A DNA stretch of 21,187 nt from Promethearchaeota archaeon Loki_b31 (GCA_005222975.1 NJBI01000054.1:1-21187), one strand, 5' to 3'. Counted from the stretch's first letter, positions 8,332 through 17,621 are shown. The notes: generated from the sequence alone by a model not told the origin. Numbers and translations are program-made.

Positions 8332-10896
8332 TTAATTTCTTTCTTTTTCTAAATATTTAATAAAAAGTTCTTTTTTAGTCAATAACTTGTTCAGTTTGCT
8401 AAAAGTACCATCTTGAAAAAGACCGTATTCATGATATAATACACTAATTAAAGATTTAAGGCTTCGACTCATCTCAGCCATCGAAGTTTTTGTTGTAATA
8501 ATTTCATTTTTAAGTACATAATGACTTAAAAATTCTGAAATTGTATCTATAGTTATTAAGTCTTCAACCTCGTTGTTATCATTAATCTCATATTCATTTA
8601 TTAAAAAAGTGAAAAATAATTCGGCATCTTGAACTTTTATACTAATTGTCTTTTGTTTTAATCCTTTTTCTTCTAAATAGTATTCAAGATCACTAATGAG
8701 GCAATCAATATATGAAAATACATCATAAGCACCCATTAATTTATCATCCTCTATTTTTCCAAACTCGTAGAAAGCAAGGCACCATTTATTAGGCTTTATG
8801 GGACATTGATTCGGGCATTCTCTACATTCCAAAAATAAGGTTAACGCTGTCCCTATTAATATATTTGATACCTCTTGTTTAGAAATAAAGAAGTATAATA
8901 AATGAAGCTCGGGGTTATTAACGATTTTTTTATGAGTTAAAATTAATTCTGTATCAATTTCTGTTTGCGCTCTATTTTTCCCCATTGAAATTGTTTGGAA
9001 AATTGCATCTGTAGTAATTTTAGCGATTTCGAAACATAGTTGAACAAAATCTTCTGTAGCAATTAAAGGTGTAAAAGTAAAATATATTTGATAAAAATTT
9101 AGCAAGAGCCTTTGCATTAGCTCGAATGTAAACCAATTCCTTAAGATATGATCTGACCTATTAGGAAAGAAATGCAAAGGGTTTCTAACAATAACATTAA
9201 GCCTTTCCTTATTATCCTTCGTTAGGCCATCAGGATTCTTATCCATTACTTCTATAGCTTTTGAAATATATTGTTCACCTTGCATTCTCAATTCGTTAAA
9301 TTGTTTTCTCGTCATTCCAATGTATTTTAAAGAATCTCTGGGTTTAATTCTTTCATTAACCCAATATCGGGATAAAAAATTTGCTAAACGCATAGGATTT
9401 AATTGCCCTGCAAGTTTAAGTGCATTTTTATATGGTCCTAACAATTGATACGAATTTATGGCTAACTGAAGCAGATAATTGAAATCAAAAGGACTAAAGC
9501 GCATTAGTTGGCATGTGATAATTGTTGAACTATAGAAATAACCCCCAATTTCAAGAATGTATGAAAGATCCATGTATGCTTCAATTTTAAAAGGATCGAG
9601 TTCTATACATCTTGAAATATCTCTAAAGGCAGTATAGAATTGTCCTTGTGCTTCTCGCATCTTAGCTCTAAGATAAATAGGAATCGCATTTTCAGGAAAC
9701 TTTTTTATTAATTTATTAATTAATACCAATGCTTTTTTATATTGACCGTCATAATATAACTCTTGGGCTTTATGCATTATTTTTTTTTCTTCAACTTTTG
9801 AAAAATAGTCAGTAAAATCGCCATAATTAGATTTTATAAACTTATTCTTTTCATCCAAAGACCAATATACATCATCTAAGAAAGAACAATGCTTTTTTAT
9901 ATCCATCTTTATATCTTTAGGAAACTTGAAAAGATGACCTGTATCGATGTTAGTAAAGGGTATAGTTTTATCAAAGGGCTTAATTTTGTTAATTAAGCTT
10001 TTGACATCAATAAATTCTTTTATATCTTCGAGAATTTCCTCATTCTTCTTTACTTCATCTAAACTCGGAATTATCCCCATCTTAATAAAATTTTCTTTAA
10101 TAGTTTCGGGGTCTACCTCTAACTCTTCAATTAATTCCTCATAAGATTTTTTTAAGGTATACCCTGAAAAGAAAAAAGTCTGATATAAAAGGATTAACCT
10201 ATAGAAATATGAATTATGTTTTGTCTGCTTGCGTAAAATACTAATGACCCTTGAAGGAAGAGAATTAAACTTTACTAAATCAACAATAAAAGTAAAAAGT
10301 TTCATAAAAACCTCATTATCTTCCATTAATTTGAAAAGATCTAAAATTACGCTACCAATTATCGACTCTTTTTGTTGACCAAAATATTCAAAAATCTCAT
10401 GTTCTCTATGTTCTTCGATATATTCACCATAATTAAGAGAAAAATGAAGAATCTTGTTCTTTATTGTAAGAAGTTGCTCTTTATGAACTCTCTTTTTGTC
10501 AGAAACCTTCTCCTGTTTCTTATTTAGCACAGCTTTTAATTCAGATTTATTATAAAGAGTTCTAAATATGGTTTGGCTTTCCTTTTTTTTTATCACATCT
10601 TGAAGTGTAAGGTAATTTAAAAATTTCTTAATAATTGTTTGTGTTTTTACCACTTTATTTGTAGAAAATTCGGGAAAATTCTTAGGAAGTATCTCTGATA
10701 AATATTTATTTATAAATTCTGAATTTAGACTGTTTAGATTCAGAAATTTCTTGGTTCTCTTAAGCTCTTCCAAAAATAAAGAAATATTCCTTTCAATGAA
10801 TTCCAGATCAGTTTTCGAGTATTCTGACCTATCTAAGCTATCAATGAAATCAATTTCATGTGATTTAAATTGTTCATTTGAACTTTGTTCCTTCAT
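8332..10896 (-). CDS. TPR protein with N- and C-terminal core-binding-like domains and a 4-Cys domain
   Basis: TPRs (AQELYYDGQYKKAL...FP; A...ISRCIELDPFKIEAY), CRECPNQCPIKPNKWC at 8779-8826, and a C-terminal EYYLEEKGLKQKTI...DAELFFTFL...ISEFL...RSLKSL region. Confidence 0.7.
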   Translation of the reverse strand: MKEQSSNEQFKSHEIDFIDSLDRSEYSKTDLEFIERNISLFLEELKRTKKFLNLNSLNSEFINKYLSEILPKNFPEFSTNKVVKTQTIIKKFLNYLTLQDVIKKKESQTIFRTLYNKSELKAVLNKKQEKVSDKKRVHKEQLLTIKNKILHFSLNYGEYIEEHREHEIFEYFGQQKESIIGSVILDLFKLMEDNEVFMKLFTFIVDLVKFNSLPSRVISILRKQTKHNSYFYRLILLYQTFFFSGYTLKKSYEELIEELEVDPETIKENFIKMGIIPSLDEVKKNEEILEDIKEFIDVKSLINKIKPFDKTIPFTNIDTGHLFKFPKDIKMDIKKHCSFLDDVYWSLDEKNKFIKSNYGDFTDYFSKVEEKKIMHKAQELYYDGQYKKALVLINKLIKKFPENAIPIYLRAKMREAQGQFYTAFRDISRCIELDPFKIEAYMDLSYILEIGGYFYSSTIITCQLMRFSPFDFNYLLQLAINSYQLLGPYKNALKLAGQLNPMRLANFLSRYWVNERIKPRDSLKYIGMTRKQFNELRMQGEQYISKAIEVMDKNPDGLTKDNKERLNVIVRNPLHFFPNRSDHILRNWFTFELMQRLLLNFYQIYFTFTPLIATEDFVQLCFEIAKITTDAIFQTISMGKNRAQTEIDTELILTHKKIVNNPELHLLYFFISKQEVSNILIGTALTLFLECRECPNQCPIKPNKWCLAFYEFGKIEDDKLMGAYDVFSYIDCLISDLEYYLEEKGLKQKTISIKVQDAELFFTFLINEYEINDNNEVEDLITIDTISEFLSHYVLKNEIITTKTSMAEMSRSLKSLISVLYHEYGLFQDGTFSKLNKLLTKKELFIKYLEKERN

Positions 10897-10970
10897 AGAT
10901 ATACTAAAAATTACTATAAATTAAGAAATACTTATTGAATCATTAATAGCATATAATATCAGTAGAAATA

Positions 10971-11483
10971 TTAAGATGTATTTTTTTTCGACAAATGTTT
11001 TCCATAAATCTCTTCAATTAATTGTAAATCCCATTCTGAAGGTTTTTCCTTTAACTTTTGAATTAAAAATTCCCAATCCTCATCGGATTTACATGCTTCG
11101 AAAAAAAGTTCCATCAATCCATCATCAAAACCCGAATTATGTTTTTGATATTCAAATATCGCGTCATCAATAAAATATTGGCGAGCTTCAGACGAGAGAG
11201 AACCCGTTTTTAATAGCTGAGATATTTCTTCTAACCATTCATAAGCTTCTTCTTCCTTTTCTTCTGGACCACCACCCAATTCGTTGAATTCGTATATAAT
11301 TTCTGCCGCATTTGACCAATATTCTTGTATTAACTCCTCATTTACCTTTTCGGTATCTCCTAACCAAATGTAGGTTAATTTCTTGCAATCTCGGGATTTT
11401 CTTATGAGTTCAGAAATTAATTCTTGAAGTTGTGGTTTTTCAAGTGCTTTAATCTTATCTTCTAAGGATCTATGATTTTCCAT
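10971..11483 (-). CDS. Acidic helical hypothetical protein (EFNELGGGPE / NSGFDD motifs), possibly C-terminally shortened
   Basis: 170-aa ORF co-oriented between two paralogous genes. Its N-terminus (I.ALEKPQLQELISELI) resembles that of the 553-aa protein. Confidence 0.55.
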   Translation of the reverse strand: MENHRSLEDKIKALEKPQLQELISELIRKSRDCKKLTYIWLGDTEKVNEELIQEYWSNAAEIIYEFNELGGGPEEKEEEAYEWLEEISQLLKTGSLSSEARQYFIDDAIFEYQKHNSGFDDGLMELFFEACKSDEDWEFLIQKLKEKPSEWDLQLIEEIYGKHLSKKNTS

Positions 11484-11525
11484 AGTTTTTTCATCATCTA
11501 CAATTATGATTTTTTCGATTGTCTT

Positions 11526-13376
11526 TTATTCTTCCTTATTTAACATAGAGATCGGAGTATAAAATTTCAGGAAACCCTTTTCATTAGTATTCTTACTGTT
11601 ATTCTTATCTTTAACTAAGACTGTTGCCCGCTTGGTAATACGATCAACAATACCGATATATTTTTTAGTATTATATTCAAAGCTTACTTTATCTCCTACT
11701 TTAATACTAAATTTCAAAAAAGCCCTTTCTTCTTGGGTAATTAGCTCATGCTTATTACCAGTATGAAGGAAGATTTGCTTCGCTAAAATTTTAAAACTGT
11801 CAGATGAGCAACTTGAATCCCCCTCTATTAGCAGTTCAAGAAGGTGGATTAGTTCATGTTCAAAAATTCTTTGGAGTGCTTCTATACGGTCTTTACATAT
11901 TATCCCATTTATTTTTATTGTTCTTTTTATATCAGAAAATGATTGAAATAGAAGATAAGAGGAAATGTTGATTTTGTAAATTGTTTGGTCTTTTTTTATA
12001 ATTTTAGAAGTAGAACCACCACTCTTTGTCATTCGAGAAGAAAGTCGAAAAATTAATTTATATTTCTGCTCTTTATTAAGTAAATCCTCTAACAACCCAG
12101 AAAAGAAGTCTTTATTGTATTGTTCAAAGAGAAATCTCAAATCTTCCACAGAAATCTTGGTAAAATTACCTTCAGAAATTCTTTCAGAGTAATTAAGCAA
12201 ATTCATATAGATCTTATTTGTCTTAGCCAAAATTTCCTTTTGAGAATAATTAATCTCGGGAAGATGTGTTTCTTTTTTGTCTAACATATAATTTGAGGTA
12301 ATTTCCTCCAACAAATCCAACGCATAGAAGGGGTCTTCAAACATCGTACATTTGTTATAAGGAGAAATTAAGCAATGGTTTGAACAACCATGACAAAATT
12401 TTATCATTTCCTTTAAAGAACTATAAACGACATGCTCTATCTCTGTTTTAGAGGTATTAACACTATTTTCTTGTAAAAAGAGATTTCCTGTAAGACAATT
12501 CTCGAGCTCCTTTAAAATTAAATTTTTAGAGAAAAAAGTAGTCGGTGAAGGTGAATTATTCGTAATAATGGTTCTCGTTATTCTATTTGATAGAAAAAAA
12601 CAAAATTTAATATAATTCTCTATTAATATTATATCGGAAGTATTTAAGATACCATCATCGAAAAAATAATCTTCTAACATCCCAAAAAGATTAGTTGTAA
12701 ATTCATAGCAAAACCAATTTTTTAATATATATTCCCTTTCATCTGGAAAATAGTATAAGGGGGATTGTATTTCTTTATTAAATTTTTTAATGGCATCTTT
12801 TTGAAGCTCATCAAGAAAATTAGTATCAGATTGATTCAAATTGTTTCTCAAATATTCATCGTATTCCTTTTTTGAAACCCCCATTTGTTCTAATGTAATT
12901 ATGAATGAATTTTTAATTGAGCTTTTTGAATCCAAACACGATTTATAAAACTTTGAGAGTTTATTAATTGAAAAAGTTTCCTTGGATTTCTTATCTGTTG
13001 ATATTCTTGGATTGAAGTTAGAACTTTTTAAAAATTCTTTTGTAATAGATTTATGCAGGACATTTTGTAGAGTTAAATAATTAATGAAATAAGCAATGAT
13101 AGATTGTATTTTAAGAGAAGATACTCCCAGGAGTTCGGGAGATGCCAAATTTGATAAAAAGATATTAATAAAATCGATATTAAATCGAGTCCGCTTGAAT
13201 TTACTGCTATTATGCTTGAAATATTCCTTTAGATATAACAAAATCACTTTTTTTGTCAGATTTAATTCTTGAGCGGGGATATTAGTCTTTTTTAATGAAG
13301 AAATATATTTTGGAAACGTTGTCTTGCACTTTTCTATGAATGTCTTTAAATTGAAAATTGATTTATCCATAAACAT
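11526..13376 (-). CDS. SprT-like zinc metalloprotease fused to core-binding-like and 4-Cys domains
   Basis: LFEQYNKDFF...SSRMTKSGG...I.IS...FEHELIHLLE (HExxH at about 11835-11858) is the SprT pattern. The tail IKVGDKVSF...GIVDRITKRATVLV is KOW/SH3-like. CHGCSNHCLISPYNKC lies at 12348-12395. Confidence 0.8.
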   Translation of the reverse strand: MFMDKSIFNLKTFIEKCKTTFPKYISSLKKTNIPAQELNLTKKVILLYLKEYFKHNSSKFKRTRFNIDFINIFLSNLASPELLGVSSLKIQSIIAYFINYLTLQNVLHKSITKEFLKSSNFNPRISTDKKSKETFSINKLSKFYKSCLDSKSSIKNSFIITLEQMGVSKKEYDEYLRNNLNQSDTNFLDELQKDAIKKFNKEIQSPLYYFPDEREYILKNWFCYEFTTNLFGMLEDYFFDDGILNTSDIILIENYIKFCFFLSNRITRTIITNNSPSPTTFFSKNLILKELENCLTGNLFLQENSVNTSKTEIEHVVYSSLKEMIKFCHGCSNHCLISPYNKCTMFEDPFYALDLLEEITSNYMLDKKETHLPEINYSQKEILAKTNKIYMNLLNYSERISEGNFTKISVEDLRFLFEQYNKDFFSGLLEDLLNKEQKYKLIFRLSSRMTKSGGSTSKIIKKDQTIYKINISSYLLFQSFSDIKRTIKINGIICKDRIEALQRIFEHELIHLLELLIEGDSSCSSDSFKILAKQIFLHTGNKHELITQEERAFLKFSIKVGDKVSFEYNTKKYIGIVDRITKRATVLVKDKNNSKNTNEKGFLKFYTPISMLNKEE

Positions 13377-13821
13377 TATTAGCTCTGTACTAAATTAAAA
13401 ATCGTTTGATATTCCATTAATAATTAATAATTAATAATTGTAAGATAATAGATTTAGTTTTTTTAGCTATCAATGAAGACAAAATTAAAAATTATTTTTC
13501 GTCTGGGACTACGGGAAATATTGAATTAGATGTAATTTTAGCTGTTGTAAATCAAATAGAGAAGAATAAAGAAATAATTTGCTTATCTGAATTCTCAATT
13601 CTAGAATTAGTTTGCTCATTAAAAAGATTGAATAGCTCTCATAAAACTGCACATATATTATCTAAAATCTATCAAATTTCTGATGTTTTGCCTTTAAGAT
13701 ACTTAATGATAAAAAGACAGTATAAAATTTTCATAGTTATTACTTTAAGATATTTTTTTGAAGATCATAGTCTTTTCGGTCTAATATCGAGATATTTAAA
13801 GAAATGTTCTACAAATAAAAG

Positions 13822-13851
13822 AATAACTGATTTCTAAACACCTCAGTTATT
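13822..13851. repeat. Perfect 9-bp inverted repeat AATAACTGA-N12-TCAGTTATT, a variant of the AATAACCGA boundary motif
   Basis: Read directly. It lies in the intergenic region between the five-gene cluster and the TIGR04255 operon. Confidence 0.5.
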
Positions 13852-13931
13852 ATTTAACAAGTCTTATATTTTTGATGGAAAATATATAATATATTACATT
13901 ATTTAAAAAATAAAAAAGTTCAATTTAAATT

Positions 13932-13945
13932 GAAAAATTTATATA
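13932..13945 (+). promoter_or_regulatory. Putative BRE/TATA promoter of the TIGR04255 operon
   Basis: GAAAAA-TTTATATA about 43 nt upstream of ATG 13988. The AT-rich background limits certainty. Confidence 0.4.
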
Positions 13946-13987
13946 ATTAGAATAGTATGTTTTCTAACGAGAACCAACCCATATATA

Positions 13988-14722
13988 ATGATTGATTATA
14001 AGGAAATTTTTGATTATCCCCTATTATCAGAGGTAATAATAGACTTAAGATTTACTACTAAATTAGGAATGGCTAAATTTATGCCAGATTTCCAAGAAAA
14101 AATAGAAGAATTTTTTCCTAAATTACGAATACTTAATGTTCGAACAATGAAAATTTCTAGTAACCAAGATTCAGAGATAACGCAAGATAAATATTGGGAG
14201 TTTAGCAATCCTGAGGAGCAAACAGTTTGTAAAATATACAACAATAAATTTTCTTTAATATCTAATAAATACAAATCTTGGACGAAATATAAAGAAATTT
14301 TAGGATTTAAAGATATTATTAACTTGATTTTACCAGAATTTCTTAATATAGTTTCAATTAAAGAATTTGAGCGAATTGGATTAAGATTTATAAATAAAAT
14401 TGAACTTGAAAAAAACACCTCCAATTGGTTTAGTAATCTATTTATTCCTCTTTTTAACTTAAACAGATATTCAATTGAAAATCTAAATGAGAACTATGTT
14501 CGTTTCATTGTGCAAAAAGAGATGGAAACACAACTAATAACTCAAGCTGTATTTATTATTGAAGATAATAAGAAAAATTATATTCTAGATTTTGACGCAT
14601 ATTTAAGAAATATTGGAAGCACTGAAGCTAATGATAAGATTGATTTCTTACATGAAGTTATTCTAAAAGAATTTCATTCGTTGATTACAGATGAGTGTAG
14701 AAATCGAATGAGAGGTAAATAA
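13988..14722 (+). CDS. TIGR04255 family protein
   Basis: N-terminal PLLSEVIIDLRF, central Y..W..Y...ERIGLRFINKI, and C-terminal YILDFDAY...LH....EF..LIT are the characteristic TIGR04255 motifs. Confidence 0.85.
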   Translation: MIDYKEIFDYPLLSEVIIDLRFTTKLGMAKFMPDFQEKIEEFFPKLRILNVRTMKISSNQDSEITQDKYWEFSNPEEQTVCKIYNNKFSLISNKYKSWTKYKEILGFKDIINLILPEFLNIVSIKEFERIGLRFINKIELEKNTSNWFSNLFIPLFNLNRYSIENLNENYVRFIVQKEMETQLITQAVFIIEDNKKNYILDFDAYLRNIGSTEANDKIDFLHEVILKEFHSLITDECRNRMRGK

Positions 14723-14727
14723 AAATA

Positions 14728-15528
14728 ATGGTTCTAGAATTAGATAGATTAGTTGATGAAAAAACAAAAAAATATGAAGGCTTATTAGCGAAAGAAACTG
14801 AACCGGAACATTTTGCTTTTGTAAATGAAATAGATCAATATATACTAAATCTTTATGAAAGAGAGAAAGATAATCCTCATCCTAAAGTATATTTTAACAT
14901 CAATTTACCGATAGAATTAAAATCAGTGAAATCTCTTATTGGATATGAACACGGGGGATCTTCTAGTGGTTGGCCTTATAGCATTCACGAATTTCAATCC
15001 GAAATTCAAAATCTTCAGAAAAAAATTGAAAGAATAGAAAAATTAACAAAGAGTGAATCCCAATCTTTTATAAATATCTGTTTAGAGGATATAAGAAGAG
15101 CATTCGTACACATTTTAAGAAAAACTAAAAAATTAAGAATCAAGGATTATCTTTCTGTAGATTTTTTGAGAGAAATTGAATCTTCCAAAGATATTTTGGA
15201 ATATGAGGATAACTGGGATGGAGAAGGAAGTAAAAAATATAAAAAGGAAACATGGATTAAATTGAATCAGTTTATAATTAATGTTTCGAAAGAATTTTAT
15301 TTAAAATATAAAAAGCAAATAAAAACACCTTACATCAATCCAGGAATGGACGGTGCAATTGATCTTCATTGGAAAACAGAAAAATTTGAATTATTTTTAA
15401 GTTTCCCTGAAAGAGATGATGCTCCTATAACTTATTATGGAGATAATTATAGGGATAATATAATCAAAGGAACTTTGAAAACCGACAATTTCGGAGTATT
15501 AATATCATGGATCAAGACATTCCATTAA
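14728..15528 (+). CDS. Hypothetical protein with a C-terminal 'NWDGEGS...P.I.P..DG.I.L.W' domain, putative antitoxin
   Basis: Middle gene of a tight operon (5 nt gap upstream, 22 nt overlap downstream). The WDG motif is one I recognise from genes next to TIGR04255. Confidence 0.6.
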   Translation: MVLELDRLVDEKTKKYEGLLAKETEPEHFAFVNEIDQYILNLYEREKDNPHPKVYFNINLPIELKSVKSLIGYEHGGSSSGWPYSIHEFQSEIQNLQKKIERIEKLTKSESQSFINICLEDIRRAFVHILRKTKKLRIKDYLSVDFLREIESSKDILEYEDNWDGEGSKKYKKETWIKLNQFIINVSKEFYLKYKKQIKTPYINPGMDGAIDLHWKTEKFELFLSFPERDDAPITYYGDNYRDNIIKGTLKTDNFGVLISWIKTFH

Positions 15529-15974
15529 CAAATTGGCCAAAAGAAGATATACCTAATTTTGATCCTTATAGTAACGATTATCTACTATATCGTCATATCC
15601 ATAAAACATATATAAAAAAAACGAATCCTGAGATAATATCTCCAAGTGCTTTTAAAGATCCTCAAGGCGCAGGTATATCGACTGATTGGGGTAAATATTC
15701 TAGTCCTCAAGAGACTCAAAAACGTTCAGAGAAAAATCCACCAGAAGATTATGGAGTCGTTAGTTTAAAAGTAAGAGAGATTAGAGAAAAAGAAGAATTA
15801 AACAAATTAACAATTGAACATGCTCCTAAACAAAAAACAATAAATTATGAAGGAAATCAAGCATACACTAATATAAATGGACTCTTAAAATATGGGCTAC
15901 TAATAAGAGAAACTCAAGTTCTTCTTTCAAGGCTCGCAAAATGGGAAATTAATGAAAGAATGGGCTTAAAATAG
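15507..15974 (+). CDS. Putative ADP-ribosyltransferase/RES-like fold toxin
   Basis: LYR...SAFKD....ISTDW...YGVVSLKVREIR...IEHAP...NQAYTNI shows an R, S and (H to Y) motif order typical of small ART/RES-like proteins. Confidence 0.55.
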   Translation: MDQDIPLTNWPKEDIPNFDPYSNDYLLYRHIHKTYIKKTNPEIISPSAFKDPQGAGISTDWGKYSSPQETQKRSEKNPPEDYGVVSLKVREIREKEELNKLTIEHAPKQKTINYEGNQAYTNINGLLKYGLLIRETQVLLSRLAKWEINERMGLK

Positions 15975-15990
15975 TTATAATTCATATTTT

Positions 15991-17475
15991 TTATTTTATT
16001 GTTTTTGTATTTTCGTGAAGCCATTTTTTGAAAGCTTTTGTAGGAGTATCGGCATATATCCAACGCTTTCCTGTATCTTTTTTAAATCGTTCGATATCTC
16101 CTTTAGTACAATTGTATCTTCTCTTAAATCTTTTTAGACTGTACCACTTTTTAAAAGTGTTAGTAGCTATACCGCTCCAAATTGCCTGTTTTCTTGTCTC
16201 TTTTTGAAATTGATCGATATCTTTGCTAGTTAAAATATATAAATTGTCGAAAACAAGCTCAGGAACACCCTCTAAAGGACAATTTATTAAATAAAGTTCT
16301 TTAAGAGCTGGTAATTTTAGTATAGAATCGGGTACGATTTTAATTTTATTATTCGATAAATCAAGAATTCTTAAATTCTTGAGCGTTAGCAACCCTTTAA
16401 TTTCGGAAATCTCATTATTTGAAAGATTTAATATTTCCAAATTACGCTGTTTTTCAAGACCTTTAATTTCTCGGATATTATTATAAGAAAGATCTAAATC
16501 ATATAAATCAACAAGTCTCTCTAACCCTTCTATTTTAGTTATTTCTTTAATATTCATTTCATTTAAACAAAGAAAACCATCTACATCAATTATCGTAGAT
16601 TCATAAACAATGAATTCTATAAGCGCTTCTTTAAGTATTTCTCTTAAAGAAATTAACAAATCTATAAACAACCTGTGTGGATGTTTTTTATGTCTGTGGA
16701 TTATTTGAAAAAAAGTAGCATTTAAGAAAATCCTCTTTATACTTTCTGAAAGCTCGCGAATAATCTGAGAAACAAACGAATTGCCGTATCTATCCTTACA
16801 AATATCTATTAGTTCCTTAGTTGCTATTTCTATTTTTTTATTTATTTCAAATTTCAAATTATAATCAAACGCCTCGTCAATGAAATATTGAACTTTATCT
16901 TGTATTTGATATCTTACGACCTCATTGTTAATCAAAAAGGCGGGGTATTCGAGGACCGTCTTGATTACATTAAAGTCCAAATCCTCTGCCAAGGATTCGA
17001 TCTCGTCTTGACTTAAATAATCTAAATATCCTTCTTCTAATAAATAGGTAAATATAGGTTCATAACCACACGTAAGTCTTTTGGCTATTTCTTCCTTGAA
17101 TGCTTTTTTTGCTTGAGGGTCTCCTAGTTCGTATAATTCTTTCAATAAGGGAAACGCAAGGTTGCTGTGGAGCAAGCGTGTATCGTAAAAATTCTCAGCC
17201 CAAGCTTGTAAATTAGAACAATGACCCCAAAATTCTGCTTCAATAGATATTTGTGGCTCATCTCCTTCTAAAGAATGATCCAATAATTCTGCAGCTTCAT
17301 CTATAGAATTAATCTCGTCAAACTCGTGTATTTGGTTAATAGGAATATTCATCAATAAGTACTTACATTGAGAGAACTTTTCATTGTTTACATAGATGTT
17401 TACTTTGTTATTTTCTTGCTTAACCGTTATGAATTTGTTGATTTTAAATTCATTTTTTTCTATTTCTAATTTCAT
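15991..17475 (-). CDS. Lokiarchaeia-type leucine-rich repeat protein
   Basis: N-terminal domain FKINKFIT...IYVN...F.QCKYL...SIDEAAE.LD...EFWGHCSNLQAWAEN.YDTRLLHSNLAFPLL, SDS22-like LRRs (LDLSYNNIREIKGLE; LNLSNNEISEIKGL; LDLSNNKI), and two C-terminal 30-aa repeats. Confidence 0.9.
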   Translation of the reverse strand: MKLEIEKNEFKINKFITVKQENNKVNIYVNNEKFSQCKYLLMNIPINQIHEFDEINSIDEAAELLDHSLEGDEPQISIEAEFWGHCSNLQAWAENFYDTRLLHSNLAFPLLKELYELGDPQAKKAFKEEIAKRLTCGYEPIFTYLLEEGYLDYLSQDEIESLAEDLDFNVIKTVLEYPAFLINNEVVRYQIQDKVQYFIDEAFDYNLKFEINKKIEIATKELIDICKDRYGNSFVSQIIRELSESIKRIFLNATFFQIIHRHKKHPHRLFIDLLISLREILKEALIEFIVYESTIIDVDGFLCLNEMNIKEITKIEGLERLVDLYDLDLSYNNIREIKGLEKQRNLEILNLSNNEISEIKGLLTLKNLRILDLSNNKIKIVPDSILKLPALKELYLINCPLEGVPELVFDNLYILTSKDIDQFQKETRKQAIWSGIATNTFKKWYSLKRFKRRYNCTKGDIERFKKDTGKRWIYADTPTKAFKKWLHENTKTIK

Positions 17476-17621
17476 TATTTACATCACCTAAAAGAATCGT
17501 CTTTGGGGTAATCTTAACATAAATTTGGAATCTCATCTAAATTTTTGATTCTGTAAATATTGTAATGATGCTTAATTTATATTTCCCCTCTTACCGCCCT
17601 TAAGCATTATTCCCCAACCAA

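Noticed and set aside
5426-11173. Short ORFs 5426-5653, 6932-7135, 7675-7875, 9947-10144, 10976-11173
   Set aside because: All lie antisense within longer, motif-bearing genes.
5010-13376. Calling the core-binding-like proteins integrases
   Set aside because: No tyrosine-recombinase catalytic motifs (R...HxxR...Y) were seen in any of them.
13628-13837. 69-aa plus-strand ORF
   Set aside because: TTG start, no SD, no motif, and composition like non-coding AT-rich DNA.
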